Part shown: in pieces, positions 1 through 9,943 of the stretch
Layout: each line of letters opens with the position of its first letter
How positions within the stretch are numbered: position 1 is the first letter of the stretch
From: a virus
Lineage: Duplodnaviria > Caudoviricetes
IMG/VR virus record: IMGVR_UViG_3300042922_000685
Span: 1 to 34,991 of that record
DNA length: 34,991 nt
Direction: 5' to 3' (one strand)
Notes under the pieces: generated by a model
Told to the model about the DNA's origin: nothing
The model's database searches: none
Seen by the model: only the letters and a program-made list of their open reading frames with translations
Translations under genes and position numbers: made by a program

Positions 1-127
1 ATTTTCTTCCAAAAGCGAATTAACTGTATTGATTTCTCCCTTGGTTGCATAGGTAGTTGTGTCAGCAGTTGCTATTACATTCTCTAAATCTTCTTTAGCT
101 TCTATTCCATCTTGAATAGTTTCATTC
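1..127 (+). repeat. Terminal direct repeat copy 1 (assembly overlap of a circular contig)
   Basis: Identical to 34865-34991; 127 is a common assembler k-mer size. Confidence 0.95.
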
Positions 128-531
128 AACTCTTCGGTTAATGTTATTACATTAGATGATGGAATTGTATCATCTATTACAGAGCCTTGAATTATGCAAT
201 CAATAACAAAGTTTGATATTATATTACCATCTTTAACTATTAATAATTCAAGATTGCCTTTTCCATATGCTCTTAAGCAATCATCAACTAAAGTTACCGA
301 TACTTTTCCTGAACTTAAAAGAGAAGTATCAAATCCGCTTGTTTGAACTACTAATGTTTTATCACCTTTTATAAAATTTAAAATAAAAGAGTTTCCACTT
401 AGATTAGCAGAAACTCCGTTATTGCTTATTATAAAATTTAATTTAGTGTTGTCATATTGCTTTAAATTTAAAGGAATGTAATTTTGATTATATAGGTCCA
501 AATGAATATCTATATTTCTTACTGAATCCAA
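1..531 (-). CDS. N-terminal part of tail receptor-binding protein (BppU/upper-baseplate-like anchor plus coiled linker), continuing across the junction into 33713-34864; about 560 aa in total
   Basis: Not in the ORF track. SD AGGAGG then TTG at 529-531; open frame MDSVRNIDIHLDLYNQNYIPLNLKQYDNTKLNFII...TVNSLLEEN, in frame with the 33713..34876 ORF; KQYD motif and position after Tal fit a BppU-like domain. Confidence 0.85.
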   Translation of the reverse strand, partial: MDSVRNIDIHLDLYNQNYIPLNLKQYDNTKLNFIISNNGVSANLSGNSFILNFIKGDKTLVVQTSGFDTSLLSSGKVSVTLVDDCLRAYGKGNLELLIVKDGNIISNFVIDCIIQGSVIDDTIPSSNVITLTEELNETIQDGIEAKEDLENVIATADTTTYATKGEINTVNSLLEEN

Positions 532-543
532 TTATATCCCTCC

Positions 544-798
544 TTATAAGTATTTTGATAAATCAAAATTTTCTTTAATCTTAAGTTCCTTGTTTCCATT
601 TATAAAAAATTTATTTAGATTTTTTATAACATAATCATCTTTTTCAACGACTATATAATCCCAAATTATTTCAAAGTCATTTTTATTAACTCCAAAAAAA
701 TTCATATCTGAAATTCCTGTAATATATTGAGTTATTTCTCCAGTTTTTTTACTGAAAAACAATGTCATTTTTTTATTCATTTCTTCTATTGTAGCCAT
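544..798 (-). CDS. Small tail/baseplate-associated hypothetical protein
   Basis: 84-aa ORF with GGAGG SD between Tal and RBP. Confidence 0.7.
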   Translation of the reverse strand: MATIEEMNKKMTLFFSKKTGEITQYITGISDMNFFGVNKNDFEIIWDYIVVEKDDYVIKNLNKFFINGNKELKIKENFDLSKYL

Positions 799-807
799 TT
801 AAACCTC

Positions 808-2682
808 CTAGGCTGTAACTATAAATCCAATAGTTGGCTGTCCATCCACAAAAGTCTTACTTGAACCACTCTCAGTTACAAATGTAGAGTAAGCATATAT
901 ATAAAAAGTTGCGTTAGTATAATTGATATATGTTGTATTATTCTCAAAGTTTATTCCAAACCATTTAAGTGTAGTGTTTGCTGATCCATCAATTAACATA
1001 GGGTTAGTTGAATCAATGAAGTATGGATTGACAACAAAATTCTTGCCTTTAAATTCATCTGGAAGTGTAACATATAATATACTACCATTAAAATTTAATT
1101 CTCCTGAATAAAAAAGGTGATGATACTCTCTTTTACTTCCTGCAACAAAATTATAGAATCCTTCAGCATCAGATCTGCTATAACTGCCATTAGAATGAAT
1201 AAACTTAGCATATAAATTTGTAATTTCCGCAACATCTCCACTTCTACCGCCTATTTTAAAAGCACCATTTTGAATATTTATGATAATAGATCCATCTTGA
1301 CTTTGTATAACTCCAACTTTTATTAAGGTTGCATCAAGCTCACCAGTTTTGATAAAATTAGCGACTATTTCACCATCCATTGTTATAGCTACACCATAAT
1401 CTCCATTGTATCCTGTAGGACTATATCCAAGCCCATTTAAATTAAACCTCCACACCTTTGTAGCTGTTGTAATGCTATCAGTGTCCATAATTAATATTTC
1501 ACCCTCACGTTTAACTACGTGACCTCCTAAGGCACTTTTAAGCTTGTTGCCTATTTCATAGTTTTCAGTTTGGATTTTGATTATATTATTTCTTATAACA
1601 GCATTTGCAGTATACTGAGATTTTATATAATCTCCTAACTCATAAGAAATATATTTTTTCTTAATACTATCCCAACTATATTTTCTCAATCTAGCTTTTA
1701 AATCTAAATTAAGCTTATTAGAATGTATTGTACAAATATCTCCAATGAATAAAGTTAATAATGAAGATATATTTTTAAATTTATTAACTTTTCTAAGCTC
1801 CTTAAACTCAACAGCAAAATTAATCTGTGGTCTATCAACATTATCTTCTGAATACATCAAATTAACTTGTCTTCTTAGTTCAGTATAAACAGCTTCTTTT
1901 GTTGCATACTCTGTTTCTTCATCTGGTCTTGATACTTTAATATTGGGGAAATCCATAGGTTTAACTTTGGGATTAGGATAAGAGCCTATTAAAGGACTAT
2001 CAATATACTTTTCAGGAAGTAATAATGGATTGTCATTTTCATCTCTTCCAACTGGCATTATTCTAGTTATTGGCTCACCTTCCTCGGTTTCCTCTATCCC
2101 TATAATATTTTTTCCGTATTGAACTCTAAAACCTCGGTCACTACCAAGGCTTTGAAGAATTTCAAATCGGAAATTTTGTCTGTTAAGCTCTCCTCCCCAT
2201 CTATTAAAGAAAGAATTTTCATCATCTCCCATAATCGCTTCAATGAAATTCTTTCTAATGTAATATGCAGTATTAGTTTTAGTTATATTAGAAAAAAAAC
2301 TAAATTCAGTAGGAAATTGTAGTCCAGCAACCATGTGTGATAATGCAGCTGTACCATTAACATTAGTTGGTCGAACATCTTCTAAAAAGTTATCATCTAA
2401 ATCATAAGTTATGTGTTTACATAAACATTCAATTTGTCTTGTATTCTTTCTAGTTTTAAATATTCTAAATACTTCATCACCTTTAGGTCCAGGTGCTTTT
2501 ATTATATTGCCTTTGACTAAATAACTACTTTTAGAATCACTTAATGGGTAAACTAATGTTAAAGTATAATCTGAATTTATACCTTCATCAATAACAGCAG
2601 AAATGCATTTGTTCAATATCTTATGCCCATTTCTATATAAGATTTTATCTTTTATAGTATTTGAATTATAAACATTAATCAT
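808..2682 (-). CDS. Tail-associated hub/spike protein (Tal-like, prophage tail endopeptidase family)
   Basis: Follows Dit; motifs LTLVYP, RWGGEL, YGKNI, TRIMPVG, GEIVANFIKTG; ATG at 2682 overlaps the Dit stop (track start 2694 is an alternative). Confidence 0.85.
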   Translation of the reverse strand: MINVYNSNTIKDKILYRNGHKILNKCISAVIDEGINSDYTLTLVYPLSDSKSSYLVKGNIIKAPGPKGDEVFRIFKTRKNTRQIECLCKHITYDLDDNFLEDVRPTNVNGTAALSHMVAGLQFPTEFSFFSNITKTNTAYYIRKNFIEAIMGDDENSFFNRWGGELNRQNFRFEILQSLGSDRGFRVQYGKNIIGIEETEEGEPITRIMPVGRDENDNPLLLPEKYIDSPLIGSYPNPKVKPMDFPNIKVSRPDEETEYATKEAVYTELRRQVNLMYSEDNVDRPQINFAVEFKELRKVNKFKNISSLLTLFIGDICTIHSNKLNLDLKARLRKYSWDSIKKKYISYELGDYIKSQYTANAVIRNNIIKIQTENYEIGNKLKSALGGHVVKREGEILIMDTDSITTATKVWRFNLNGLGYSPTGYNGDYGVAITMDGEIVANFIKTGELDATLIKVGVIQSQDGSIIINIQNGAFKIGGRSGDVAEITNLYAKFIHSNGSYSRSDAEGFYNFVAGSKREYHHLFYSGELNFNGSILYVTLPDEFKGKNFVVNPYFIDSTNPMLIDGSANTTLKWFGINFENNTTYINYTNATFYIYAYSTFVTESGSSKTFVDGQPTIGFIVTA

Positions 2683-3395
2683 AATATGCACCAATTAGGA
2701 GTAATTTCGATTTTACTTACTGTTCCAATAAAACTTACATCATTTTTACCATTCTTAAGCCTAAGAAACTCTCCATTAGTATTATTGTTCAGATTATCAA
2801 AAGACTCATTATATGCTTCTTCTAAATCTGAATTTAAAATTATATGGCCAGATACTGAATATAATAATTGATCCTGTCCATTAATAGTTAATGTTATATC
2901 TCCACTCCCAAAAACCTTTATTGTAGGTATTGAAACATATACTAACTCTGGTGAATAAATACTACTATTTGCTGTTATTGATATTAAGGCTTCTTCATTT
3001 AAATGTTTAAATGGGTTGCAAGTGAAATTAATAATAAAGCTACCTTTAACCCTTAATTGTCTTTTTATATCTTCACATTCAACTTTTTCAACTATCCTAA
3101 AGTACCTGGTATCATCTGAGAAGATAAGTTTCTCATTATTAATGTTTGTTAACCAGTGTGCTATCCTACTTGCCTTACTGTTAATGTCTTCTCTATCTAT
3201 AAAGTTGCATTCGACTGGTATTACTATGCTATCATATGTCTCTAAATCTTCTGAATAAGAACCATCTACTCCATCTAAAGGAGTTAATTCAACTCTTCTT
3301 TTTGGTATAGGAATATCAATTTCTTTAACTATTTTAATTCCTAAATCTTTCGTGCTAGAATCATTAAATATAACATTGTAGTTCATTTCTAACAC
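2679..3395 (-). CDS. Distal tail protein (Dit)
   Basis: Follows tape measure; GVDGS, KLIFSDD, FTCNPFK, LKNGKNDVSFIG motifs typical of Dit. Confidence 0.85.
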   Translation of the reverse strand: MLEMNYNVIFNDSSTKDLGIKIVKEIDIPIPKRRVELTPLDGVDGSYSEDLETYDSIVIPVECNFIDREDINSKASRIAHWLTNINNEKLIFSDDTRYFRIVEKVECEDIKRQLRVKGSFIINFTCNPFKHLNEEALISITANSSIYSPELVYVSIPTIKVFGSGDITLTINGQDQLLYSVSGHIILNSDLEEAYNESFDNLNNNTNGEFLRLKNGKNDVSFIGTVSKIEITPNWCIL

Positions 3396-3398
3396 CTC

Positions 3399-5813
3399 CT
3401 AAACAAGTCTAAATCCATTTTCATCATCAACTATTTGGGCAACTGCTCTTCCAATTTCTTTAAGTCCATTATTGTCTAAAAGTATTTGAACAATTAATGG
3501 CTGAGATATATCTCCACGATTTGAATTCGAAGCATCTAATACATTTTTAACTTGTGTATAAACAATTTCATTTAATTTCTTTTCTGGAGCAACTATTTCA
3601 TTATCATTGCCTTCTCCAACCATTGCAACTGTCGGTTTGGTTATATACGCACCATTTGCCAAGAAAGGTATTTTAGGTATACTTATCCCTAATCCTCCAA
3701 CCCCAGGAACCCAACTCGGGAACTTCAACCCATTGATGCCTGATATAACTGCATTAACCATTCCAATAATTGTGTTTAAAGGAGATTTAACATAAGCTGA
3801 TAAACCATTGAATATTCCTCCAAAAACATTTAATACACCTTGCCATGCTCTTTCCCAATTACCAGTAAATATTCCTGCTATAAAATCAATAACTCCACCA
3901 AAAATTTGTTGAACTGATGAGAAAACTTGTTGAATGTTAAAAAGAAAAGAGTTGAGAATGTCTCCAAGCCATCCAAATTTTGTAGACCAATCTGTAGAAA
4001 ACACAGTTCCTAACCATTCACTAAACCCTGAAAAAACTGATTTTATATTTTCCCATATTCCTATAATTGCATTCCTAAAATCTTCGTTTGTATTCCATAA
4101 ATGCATTAACAATAATATTAATGCACCAATTGCAGCTACAACTGCCATTACTGGATTGCCAGCTACTAACTTTAATGCTCCTGATAATCCTGTTCCTATT
4201 GAAGATATCAACCCATTAACAATAGGTCCAGCTATAGTAAATAATCTTATTATATTAAATATGCTCCCTGCAAATGTACCAATTAATAATAGCAAAGGTC
4301 CTACAATTGCAATAAAAATTCCAATCGTTGCAATTGTATTTTTAGTAGAATTATCAAGTCCCATAAACCAATCACTAGCTTTTTTAATAGCTTCTGATAC
4401 TGAAGTTAAAGCAGGTGCAAATATATCCAACAATGTTGCCCCTAAATCTGCTAAACTTAAATTTAATGAATTAGTTGCTTCTTTTCCTTGTACCCCTACT
4501 CCTTGGCTCATAGTGTTAACCAATTCTTCAATTTTACCATTTGTATTTATAATACTACTGTCCATGTTGCCTAATGCATTACCTACACTTTGAGTTAAAT
4601 CTTCCCATGGTCCACCAAACAAAGAAACTGCAATTTGATTAGCTAATACTTGATCTTTCATGTTTTTCAAATCATTAACAACAGCTATCATAACATCAGA
4701 AGCGGTTGATTTGCCTTTAAGCATTTCATTGAAAACATTTCGTGTGCTTGAACTTAGTTGTTTCATTGCTTCATCTGTAGTTTTTGAACCATCAGTAATT
4801 CTTAATCCAAACTCTTTAGCTGCGTCACCAACCTTATCTAAGTTGAATGCTCCAGCATCTGCTCCACTTTTTAAAATTGTAAACATCTCATTAGCTGAAA
4901 ATCCTGCATTGCTGAATTGAACTGAATACTCATTTATAGAATCAAGAAACTCACCGCTAAAATCAAGATTATTTTGAAATCCCCAAGTAATATAATTAAA
5001 TGCATCATTAGCGCTTAGTCCGAAATTTTTCATAAGAGCAACAGTACTTCTCATTACTTCATTTATATCTATCTCAAACACTTGTGCTATTGTAGCTGCT
5101 TTTGATGATAAATCGGTCATTTCATTTTCGCTTAAATCACCTAAGTTTTTTCTTACAGTTAAAACAATCCTATTAGCTTCACCAATATTATCTGCAAAAG
5201 CATTTTTGAATACATCTTCTGAAACTCTCTTTAATTTTTCCATTTCATCAGCTGTAAGTCCAAGCTGAGCTTGCATTTTATTATTACTAGCTTCAACTTC
5301 TAATGCACTTTTAATTGCAACTCCACCAATAACCCCTACTGCTGCACTTGCTACTGATGCCTTCTTGCCTACTTCAGTTGTCTTTTCAGAAAACTTATTA
5401 AGTTTTTCTGTCGCTTGATCTAATGATTTTGAATGCTTACTTAATTCTTCTGATGTAGCTTTTAAATCATTTTGATATTTTCCTAATGTTGTTTCTGCTT
5501 TAGTAAGTTGAAGCCTTTTTTTTGCTATTGCATCCTCATCTTTTTCTTCTGCTTTTGTTAAAGCTTCTAATTCCTTACTTAATACATTAACTTTTTGACC
5601 TTGAAGTTCGTATTGTTTTTGGAGTAAATCTTGCTTAGCTTTCAATCTATCTGTAGCAGTAGAATTTTCATCCATTGATGTAGTTACTTTTCTAAACTCT
5701 GCGTATGACTGGTTAAGTTCTCTATTGATTGCTGTTATAGATTTTTGAAAGTCAACACTACCATCAGCTTTAAATCGTAAGCCAACTTCTTCTATATTTT
5801 TATTATCTGCCAT
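3399..5813 (-). CDS. Tail tape measure protein
   Basis: 804 aa; N-terminal coiled coil, GAFNLDKVGDAAKEF motif, hydrophobic segments and Trp/Phe-periodic C-terminus. Confidence 0.93.
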   Translation of the reverse strand: MADNKNIEEVGLRFKADGSVDFQKSITAINRELNQSYAEFRKVTTSMDENSTATDRLKAKQDLLQKQYELQGQKVNVLSKELEALTKAEEKDEDAIAKKRLQLTKAETTLGKYQNDLKATSEELSKHSKSLDQATEKLNKFSEKTTEVGKKASVASAAVGVIGGVAIKSALEVEASNNKMQAQLGLTADEMEKLKRVSEDVFKNAFADNIGEANRIVLTVRKNLGDLSENEMTDLSSKAATIAQVFEIDINEVMRSTVALMKNFGLSANDAFNYITWGFQNNLDFSGEFLDSINEYSVQFSNAGFSANEMFTILKSGADAGAFNLDKVGDAAKEFGLRITDGSKTTDEAMKQLSSSTRNVFNEMLKGKSTASDVMIAVVNDLKNMKDQVLANQIAVSLFGGPWEDLTQSVGNALGNMDSSIINTNGKIEELVNTMSQGVGVQGKEATNSLNLSLADLGATLLDIFAPALTSVSEAIKKASDWFMGLDNSTKNTIATIGIFIAIVGPLLLLIGTFAGSIFNIIRLFTIAGPIVNGLISSIGTGLSGALKLVAGNPVMAVVAAIGALILLLMHLWNTNEDFRNAIIGIWENIKSVFSGFSEWLGTVFSTDWSTKFGWLGDILNSFLFNIQQVFSSVQQIFGGVIDFIAGIFTGNWERAWQGVLNVFGGIFNGLSAYVKSPLNTIIGMVNAVISGINGLKFPSWVPGVGGLGISIPKIPFLANGAYITKPTVAMVGEGNDNEIVAPEKKLNEIVYTQVKNVLDASNSNRGDISQPLIVQILLDNNGLKEIGRAVAQIVDDENGFRLV

Positions 5814-5827
5814 AAGTAACCTCCATT

Positions 5828-6033
5828 CTATAATTCATCAATGTAATAAACTTTATCTTCATCATATTCTTGCTGATTGTTATTACTCTTTTTATTAGCC
5901 TTAATATGTTTTTCACATAATTGAGCAAATAATAAAGGATTGAGCGCCCAAAATTCTTCAACGCTCAATCCTAGCATTTTTGCAGTATATATTAACTCAG
6001 CCCAATCTATTTCATTTACTTTTGTTTTTTTTT
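5828..6033 (-). CDS. -1 frameshift extension of tail assembly chaperone (gpGT-like)
   Basis: A9 run at 6025-6033; the -1 frame reads KTKVNEIDWAELIYTAKMLGLSVEEFWALNPLLFAQLCEKH...YYIDEL and stops just before the TMP SD. Confidence 0.8.
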
Positions 6034-6372
6034 AGAAACTTTATCAACTGCTTGAACATACTCTTGAAATATTTCCATTAACTTTTCTATATCATCAAAG
6101 CCAATCATCATAAGACACTTTTCTTGACTAATCATCATTCCTGATGAACGTATTAGACAATACAATAAATATCCACATGCCTTAACCGCTTTGCCAGGAT
6201 CTTCATCTTTGTTTTTCATAGCTTCTTCTAGTCCTAAGAAACCACCATTTGGATAATCACTCATTAAATCTATAGTATAAAAATTAACTCCTATACTTAT
6301 CATTTGCCCATTAGTAAGTTGAAAATCTTTCTTTTGAACTGCAACCTGTGAAGGGTTTTTATATTTACCCAT
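6016..6372 (-). CDS. Tail assembly chaperone (gpG-like)
   Basis: 118 aa between major tail and TMP genes; ends at a slippery A-run. Confidence 0.8.
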   Translation of the reverse strand: MGKYKNPSQVAVQKKDFQLTNGQMISIGVNFYTIDLMSDYPNGGFLGLEEAMKNKDEDPGKAVKACGYLLYCLIRSSGMMISQEKCLMMIGFDDIEKLMEIFQEYVQAVDKVSKKKQK

Positions 6373-6983
6373 TATGCTCCGCCTCCTTCAACTGGTGGTA
6401 CTTCAAGAAGTACCGCTGTAAAGAATTGCTCTTCTGTGAAAGTATCATCACCTTCCGCAAGCAATTCTGTATCATACTCAATTTCATAATCTCCATCATC
6501 ATTAAAAGGCATTGCTTGAATAACTAAGGTTTTGTTTTGAGCATTGTCTCCATCATCATTTTTAGTTTGTGCTTCTTCGTTTGCTTCAGTTAATCTGCAT
6601 TTAGGATACCAAACATATTTTGCATTTCCGCTTTTCTTAGGGTATACAACTCCGAACCCAAAATAAGCTCCTTCATCATAACTATTCTTAACTAAGAATC
6701 CTCTTGTTACTGTATGTCCTTTCATCTTTGCTCTATGAGGTGCTGCAAAAGCTACAACTTCTACACTTAAATCTATTCCAGTTGTAGATTCTGTTTTATC
6801 ATATATAGCATTTGATGCCCAAACATTTTCACTAGTTGCATTTTCTGTTGTACCTATTGATGCGACCGTAGCTGCTTTATGAACATCTGCTTCATATGTT
6901 AATGGATCAATCGCAGTTGCAAAACAATAGTACATTGCACCTACGCCTACGTTTCTAAATGGCTTATTTGATTTAATTGCCAT
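6372..6983 (-). CDS. Major tail protein
   Basis: 203 aa; position; VWASNAIY, YFGFGVV, YVWYPKC motifs resemble phi13-family tail tube proteins. Confidence 0.85.
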   Translation of the reverse strand: MAIKSNKPFRNVGVGAMYYCFATAIDPLTYEADVHKAATVASIGTTENATSENVWASNAIYDKTESTTGIDLSVEVVAFAAPHRAKMKGHTVTRGFLVKNSYDEGAYFGFGVVYPKKSGNAKYVWYPKCRLTEANEEAQTKNDDGDNAQNKTLVIQAMPFNDDGDYEIEYDTELLAEGDDTFTEEQFFTAVLLEVPPVEGGGA

Positions 6984-6984
6984 A

Positions 6985-7359
6985 TTATTTCACCTTCCTT
7001 TTCAAAGTATCAATCATTATTTTGTTAATAAAATTCTTATTAGCTTCAAATGTTGGTTTTAAATGTGCCTTTGCACTAACAACCTTTTTGCCACTTCTTG
7101 TTTTGTGTCCACTTTCAACCAACCTTCCATAAAACTTACCCCAACCGACTTCTACTGTTTTTTCTTTCTTGTTATATTCGAAATCCATAGATTCAAGCAT
7201 TTTACCGGTATTACGTGGTTTAGATAATCTTCTCAACTTTCCTACTAAAAACGCTGCTCCAGCTTCTTGAGCTTCTTTTATATTATCTTCATCAGCCATT
7301 TTACTGAAATTATTTAATGTATCAATTAAATTTAAAAATCCTTTATTATCATCAGTCAT
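6985..7359 (-). CDS. HK97 gp10-family neck/tail completion protein
   Basis: PRNTGKM, FYGRLVESGH, AKAHLKP motifs. Confidence 0.85.
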   Translation of the reverse strand: MTDDNKGFLNLIDTLNNFSKMADEDNIKEAQEAGAAFLVGKLRRLSKPRNTGKMLESMDFEYNKKEKTVEVGWGKFYGRLVESGHKTRSGKKVVSAKAHLKPTFEANKNFINKIMIDTLKRKVK

Positions 7360-7678
7360 CTATTATTTCCGTTATAGAAATATCTAATGTTGTTGTTGCA
7401 ACTTTTGTTTGAGGATCAAAAGATATTTCTCCTGTAAATGGTATTTTATTAACTCTTAATACTCTTTTTAATTCTTCTAATGATTCATCAAACTCTATAT
7501 CTGTAAAATGGTTAATTTCTATAGGAGTTGTTTCTTCAGTTGCTCCATTTGAAGCGTATTCCTGTCTTATTGCATATTCCTGATATACTATCCTAGGTAA
7601 TTCTTCTCCTAAGCTTTCATAATGATATACTGGTATCCCAACAGTTTCTAAAATCGCTTTTAAATCAAGTAATTTCAT
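7352..7678 (-). CDS. Tail terminator-like protein
   Basis: Position; GIPVYHY..ELPRIVY; ATG at 7678 preferred over track start 7699. Confidence 0.65.
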   Translation of the reverse strand: MKLLDLKAILETVGIPVYHYESLGEELPRIVYQEYAIRQEYASNGATEETTPIEINHFTDIEFDESLEELKRVLRVNKIPFTGEISFDPQTKVATTTLDISITEIIDD

Positions 7679-8003
7679 AACTCTTAACCACCCTTTCAAG
7701 TGTTATATCAGTTATAGGCATTCCATTTTGATTCTTTCCTGAGAATGTTCTTCCAACTTTATATTGTTTATCATCTATAACAATGATATTTAAAGAAGTT
7801 AAGCTTCTATCTTGAAGTATTCTAACTCTTTTAACTATTTCCGTATTAGCTTGTTTAGCTGAATAATATTCACCTGTAACTATGTCTAAATCTCCATACC
7901 ATGCATTCTTTTTAAAAGAAAGAGTTTCTATTGGTTTTCCTCCAGTACTTTTAATAGGAGTTATTTCATAAATCTTTAATTGACCTGAATTTAATTCAAC
8001 CAT
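7665..8003 (-). CDS. Head closure (head-tail joining) protein
   Basis: Position; EYYSAKQA motif. Confidence 0.75.
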   Translation of the reverse strand: MVELNSGQLKIYEITPIKSTGGKPIETLSFKKNAWYGDLDIVTGEYYSAKQANTEIVKRVRILQDRSLTSLNIIVIDDKQYKVGRTFSGKNQNGMPITDITLERVVKSYEIT

Positions 8004-8270
8004 CTAAACACTTCCTTTTTGACTAATCAACTTATTATTTAATCTAAATTGAAGATGTCGGGGTAATCCAACATCTTCATCTCTTTTCTTATATAGCCAT
8101 GCAGCATAGTCAACTATTAGAAATATATCTTCTGTTTTAGAAATATCAAGAGTTATTCCTCTTCTTTCAATGTCAGCTTTAGCACCCTCAATTCTTTTAT
8201 TTAAATACGTATCCTCCAAATTATGAAGGATACGTAAATCAAATTTTAAAAGCTCGAGTAATTGCTCCAT
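8004..8270 (-). CDS. Head-tail connector protein (gp6-like)
   Basis: Follows MCP; LK.DLRI...DTYL, DYAAWLY, LPRHLQFRL. Confidence 0.8.
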   Translation of the reverse strand: MEQLLELLKFDLRILHNLEDTYLNKRIEGAKADIERRGITLDISKTEDIFLIVDYAAWLYKKRDEDVGLPRHLQFRLNNKLISQKGSV

Positions 8271-8281
8271 AAAATCACTTC

Positions 8282-9943
8282 CTATGATTTAGTAACAGCT
8301 ATTGTATAAACCTTTGTAGTAGTTCCGTTTTTAACTGTTATTTCAACTGTATTTGCACCTGAAGTCCAAGTTGCAGCAGCGCCATTAGCATGAGCTGAAC
8401 CATTAAGTTTTATTTCTACAGTTGAGTTTTCTTTAGCAGCAGTTGCAGTTATTGTATTTGTAGTGTTTGTTGTAGTTGTTGCATAAGTTCCAACAGCAGG
8501 ATCAAATATTGGTGCAAGAGTTAAAGAGCCTAATACTAGTGAATTTAAATATGCATCTGATGGATTAGCTGTGTCAGGAGCAAATGCTACTGATGTTGTT
8601 GGATTAGTATTAGCTATGTTTGCAATAACAAATGCTTCTCCAAATACAGGCATTCCATCATATCTAGCAGTTCCTTTAAATACTGTTTGATCTTCAATAA
8701 ATTTCACATGTTCAGATTGTGAAAGATTAGCTCCAGCTCTTTCAGCTAATAAATATGCTGAACCATAGCCTCCTATAATGTCATTGTCTGCAACAAATTC
8801 TAACTCGACTATATCTCCACCAATTATTGGCATTGTCCCATTTGTTCCAGCAACTAATGCTCCAGCAGCATTAAATGAAATTGCTTTTGATAATACAACT
8901 GCTTTAGTTTTAGAGTTCATAACCCAGAACTTTTCACCATTGCTATAGTTTGGTTTAGCTACAGAGAGATTTAATATTAATGCTGCAAAAAAATCTGTAG
9001 CACTCATTCCAGAAGGGTTTATTTTAAGCAGGTTTGTTGTGCGTAAGTCAACCCAAGTTGGTGCGTTTTTACCCCAATCAGAAGGTTTAGAAGCTTGTGA
9101 AAGTCTTGTGGCAATACCTAAAGGCATTTTAGAGCCTGTACCATATAAGATAGCTTTATCTATTGCATATCCTATGGCTTGACCTAATGCATCCATTATT
9201 TCATTTGCTAAATTCAAATCTGAATCCTCTAATATAGAATTAGGTACTGGTATAAATCCGCCAACCTTATAACCGTCTACTTCGACTTGCCCGAAATTTA
9301 TTGATAATTCATTAAGTATTCCTGTAGCTTCTGTCCAAATAGCTTCTGGAATAGCTCCAGCAATATTTTGTCTTGCTTTACCTGCAACAGGTTTTAAATT
9401 AACCTTGCTTATTAATTTGCTATATCTGTGAAGATTATCTCTTAATAGGTCTAATACTATTTCTGGAATAGTTAACTCCGCTCCATTTACAGATCTCTTT
9501 TGTCCTATTAATTCTCTAGTCCTTACTAGAAAATCTTTAACCTCTTCTCTAGCTAAAAATGATGATCTTGCTTCAATGCTCATTCCTGTAAAAAATTTCT
9601 TTGCTCCCATTCTTATTTCTCCCCCTAAATTTTTATTTCTTTCTTCCGGAACTTTTGGCTCTGGCTTTGGTTCATTAGTATTTAATTTTTCAAGCTCTAC
9701 TTCTAACTCGGCAATTTCATCTTCAATTCCTTTGATTTTGCCTTCATTATCAATTTCATCTGCTTCAAGTGTATTAACCTCTTCTTCTACCGTTGCAATT
9801 TCTTCATCTGTTTGAGCTTCTTCTAGAGCTGTTTCAAGTTCTGATGATCTAGTTTTTAAGCTATCTCTCTTTTCTAGTAAAGTCTTTAGACCATTCTTTC
9901 TTTGTTCTATTTTCTTTGATAACATAATTTGTTTTAATGCCAT
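8282..9943 (-). CDS. Major capsid protein (HK97 fold) with N-terminal coiled-coil scaffold and C-terminal cadherin/Ig-like domain
   Basis: LTIPE, LEDSDLNL, AILYGTG, FKGTARYDG motifs; Thr-rich C-terminal beta-sandwich (LNSLVLG..LAPIFDP..Y ... GANTVEITV..YTIAVTK). Confidence 0.93.
   Translation of the reverse strand: MALKQIMLSKKIEQRKNGLKTLLEKRDSLKTRSSELETALEEAQTDEEIATVEEEVNTLEADEIDNEGKIKGIEDEIAELEVELEKLNTNEPKPEPKVPEERNKNLGGEIRMGAKKFFTGMSIEARSSFLAREEVKDFLVRTRELIGQKRSVNGAELTIPEIVLDLLRDNLHRYSKLISKVNLKPVAGKARQNIAGAIPEAIWTEATGILNELSINFGQVEVDGYKVGGFIPVPNSILEDSDLNLANEIMDALGQAIGYAIDKAILYGTGSKMPLGIATRLSQASKPSDWGKNAPTWVDLRTTNLLKINPSGMSATDFFAALILNLSVAKPNYSNGEKFWVMNSKTKAVVLSKAISFNAAGALVAGTNGTMPIIGGDIVELEFVADNDIIGGYGSAYLLAERAGANLSQSEHVKFIEDQTVFKGTARYDGMPVFGEAFVIANIANTNPTTSVAFAPDTANPSDAYLNSLVLGSLTLAPIFDPAVGTYATTTTNTTNTITATAAKENSTVEIKLNGSAHANGAAATWTSGANTVEITVKNGTTTKVYTIAVTKS

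Noticed and set aside
3607-4920. Plus-strand ORFs of 62-219 aa opposite the tape measure gene, and other plus-strand ORFs opposite structural and early genes
   Set aside because: Antisense shadows of well-supported genes, without SDs or recognisable motifs.
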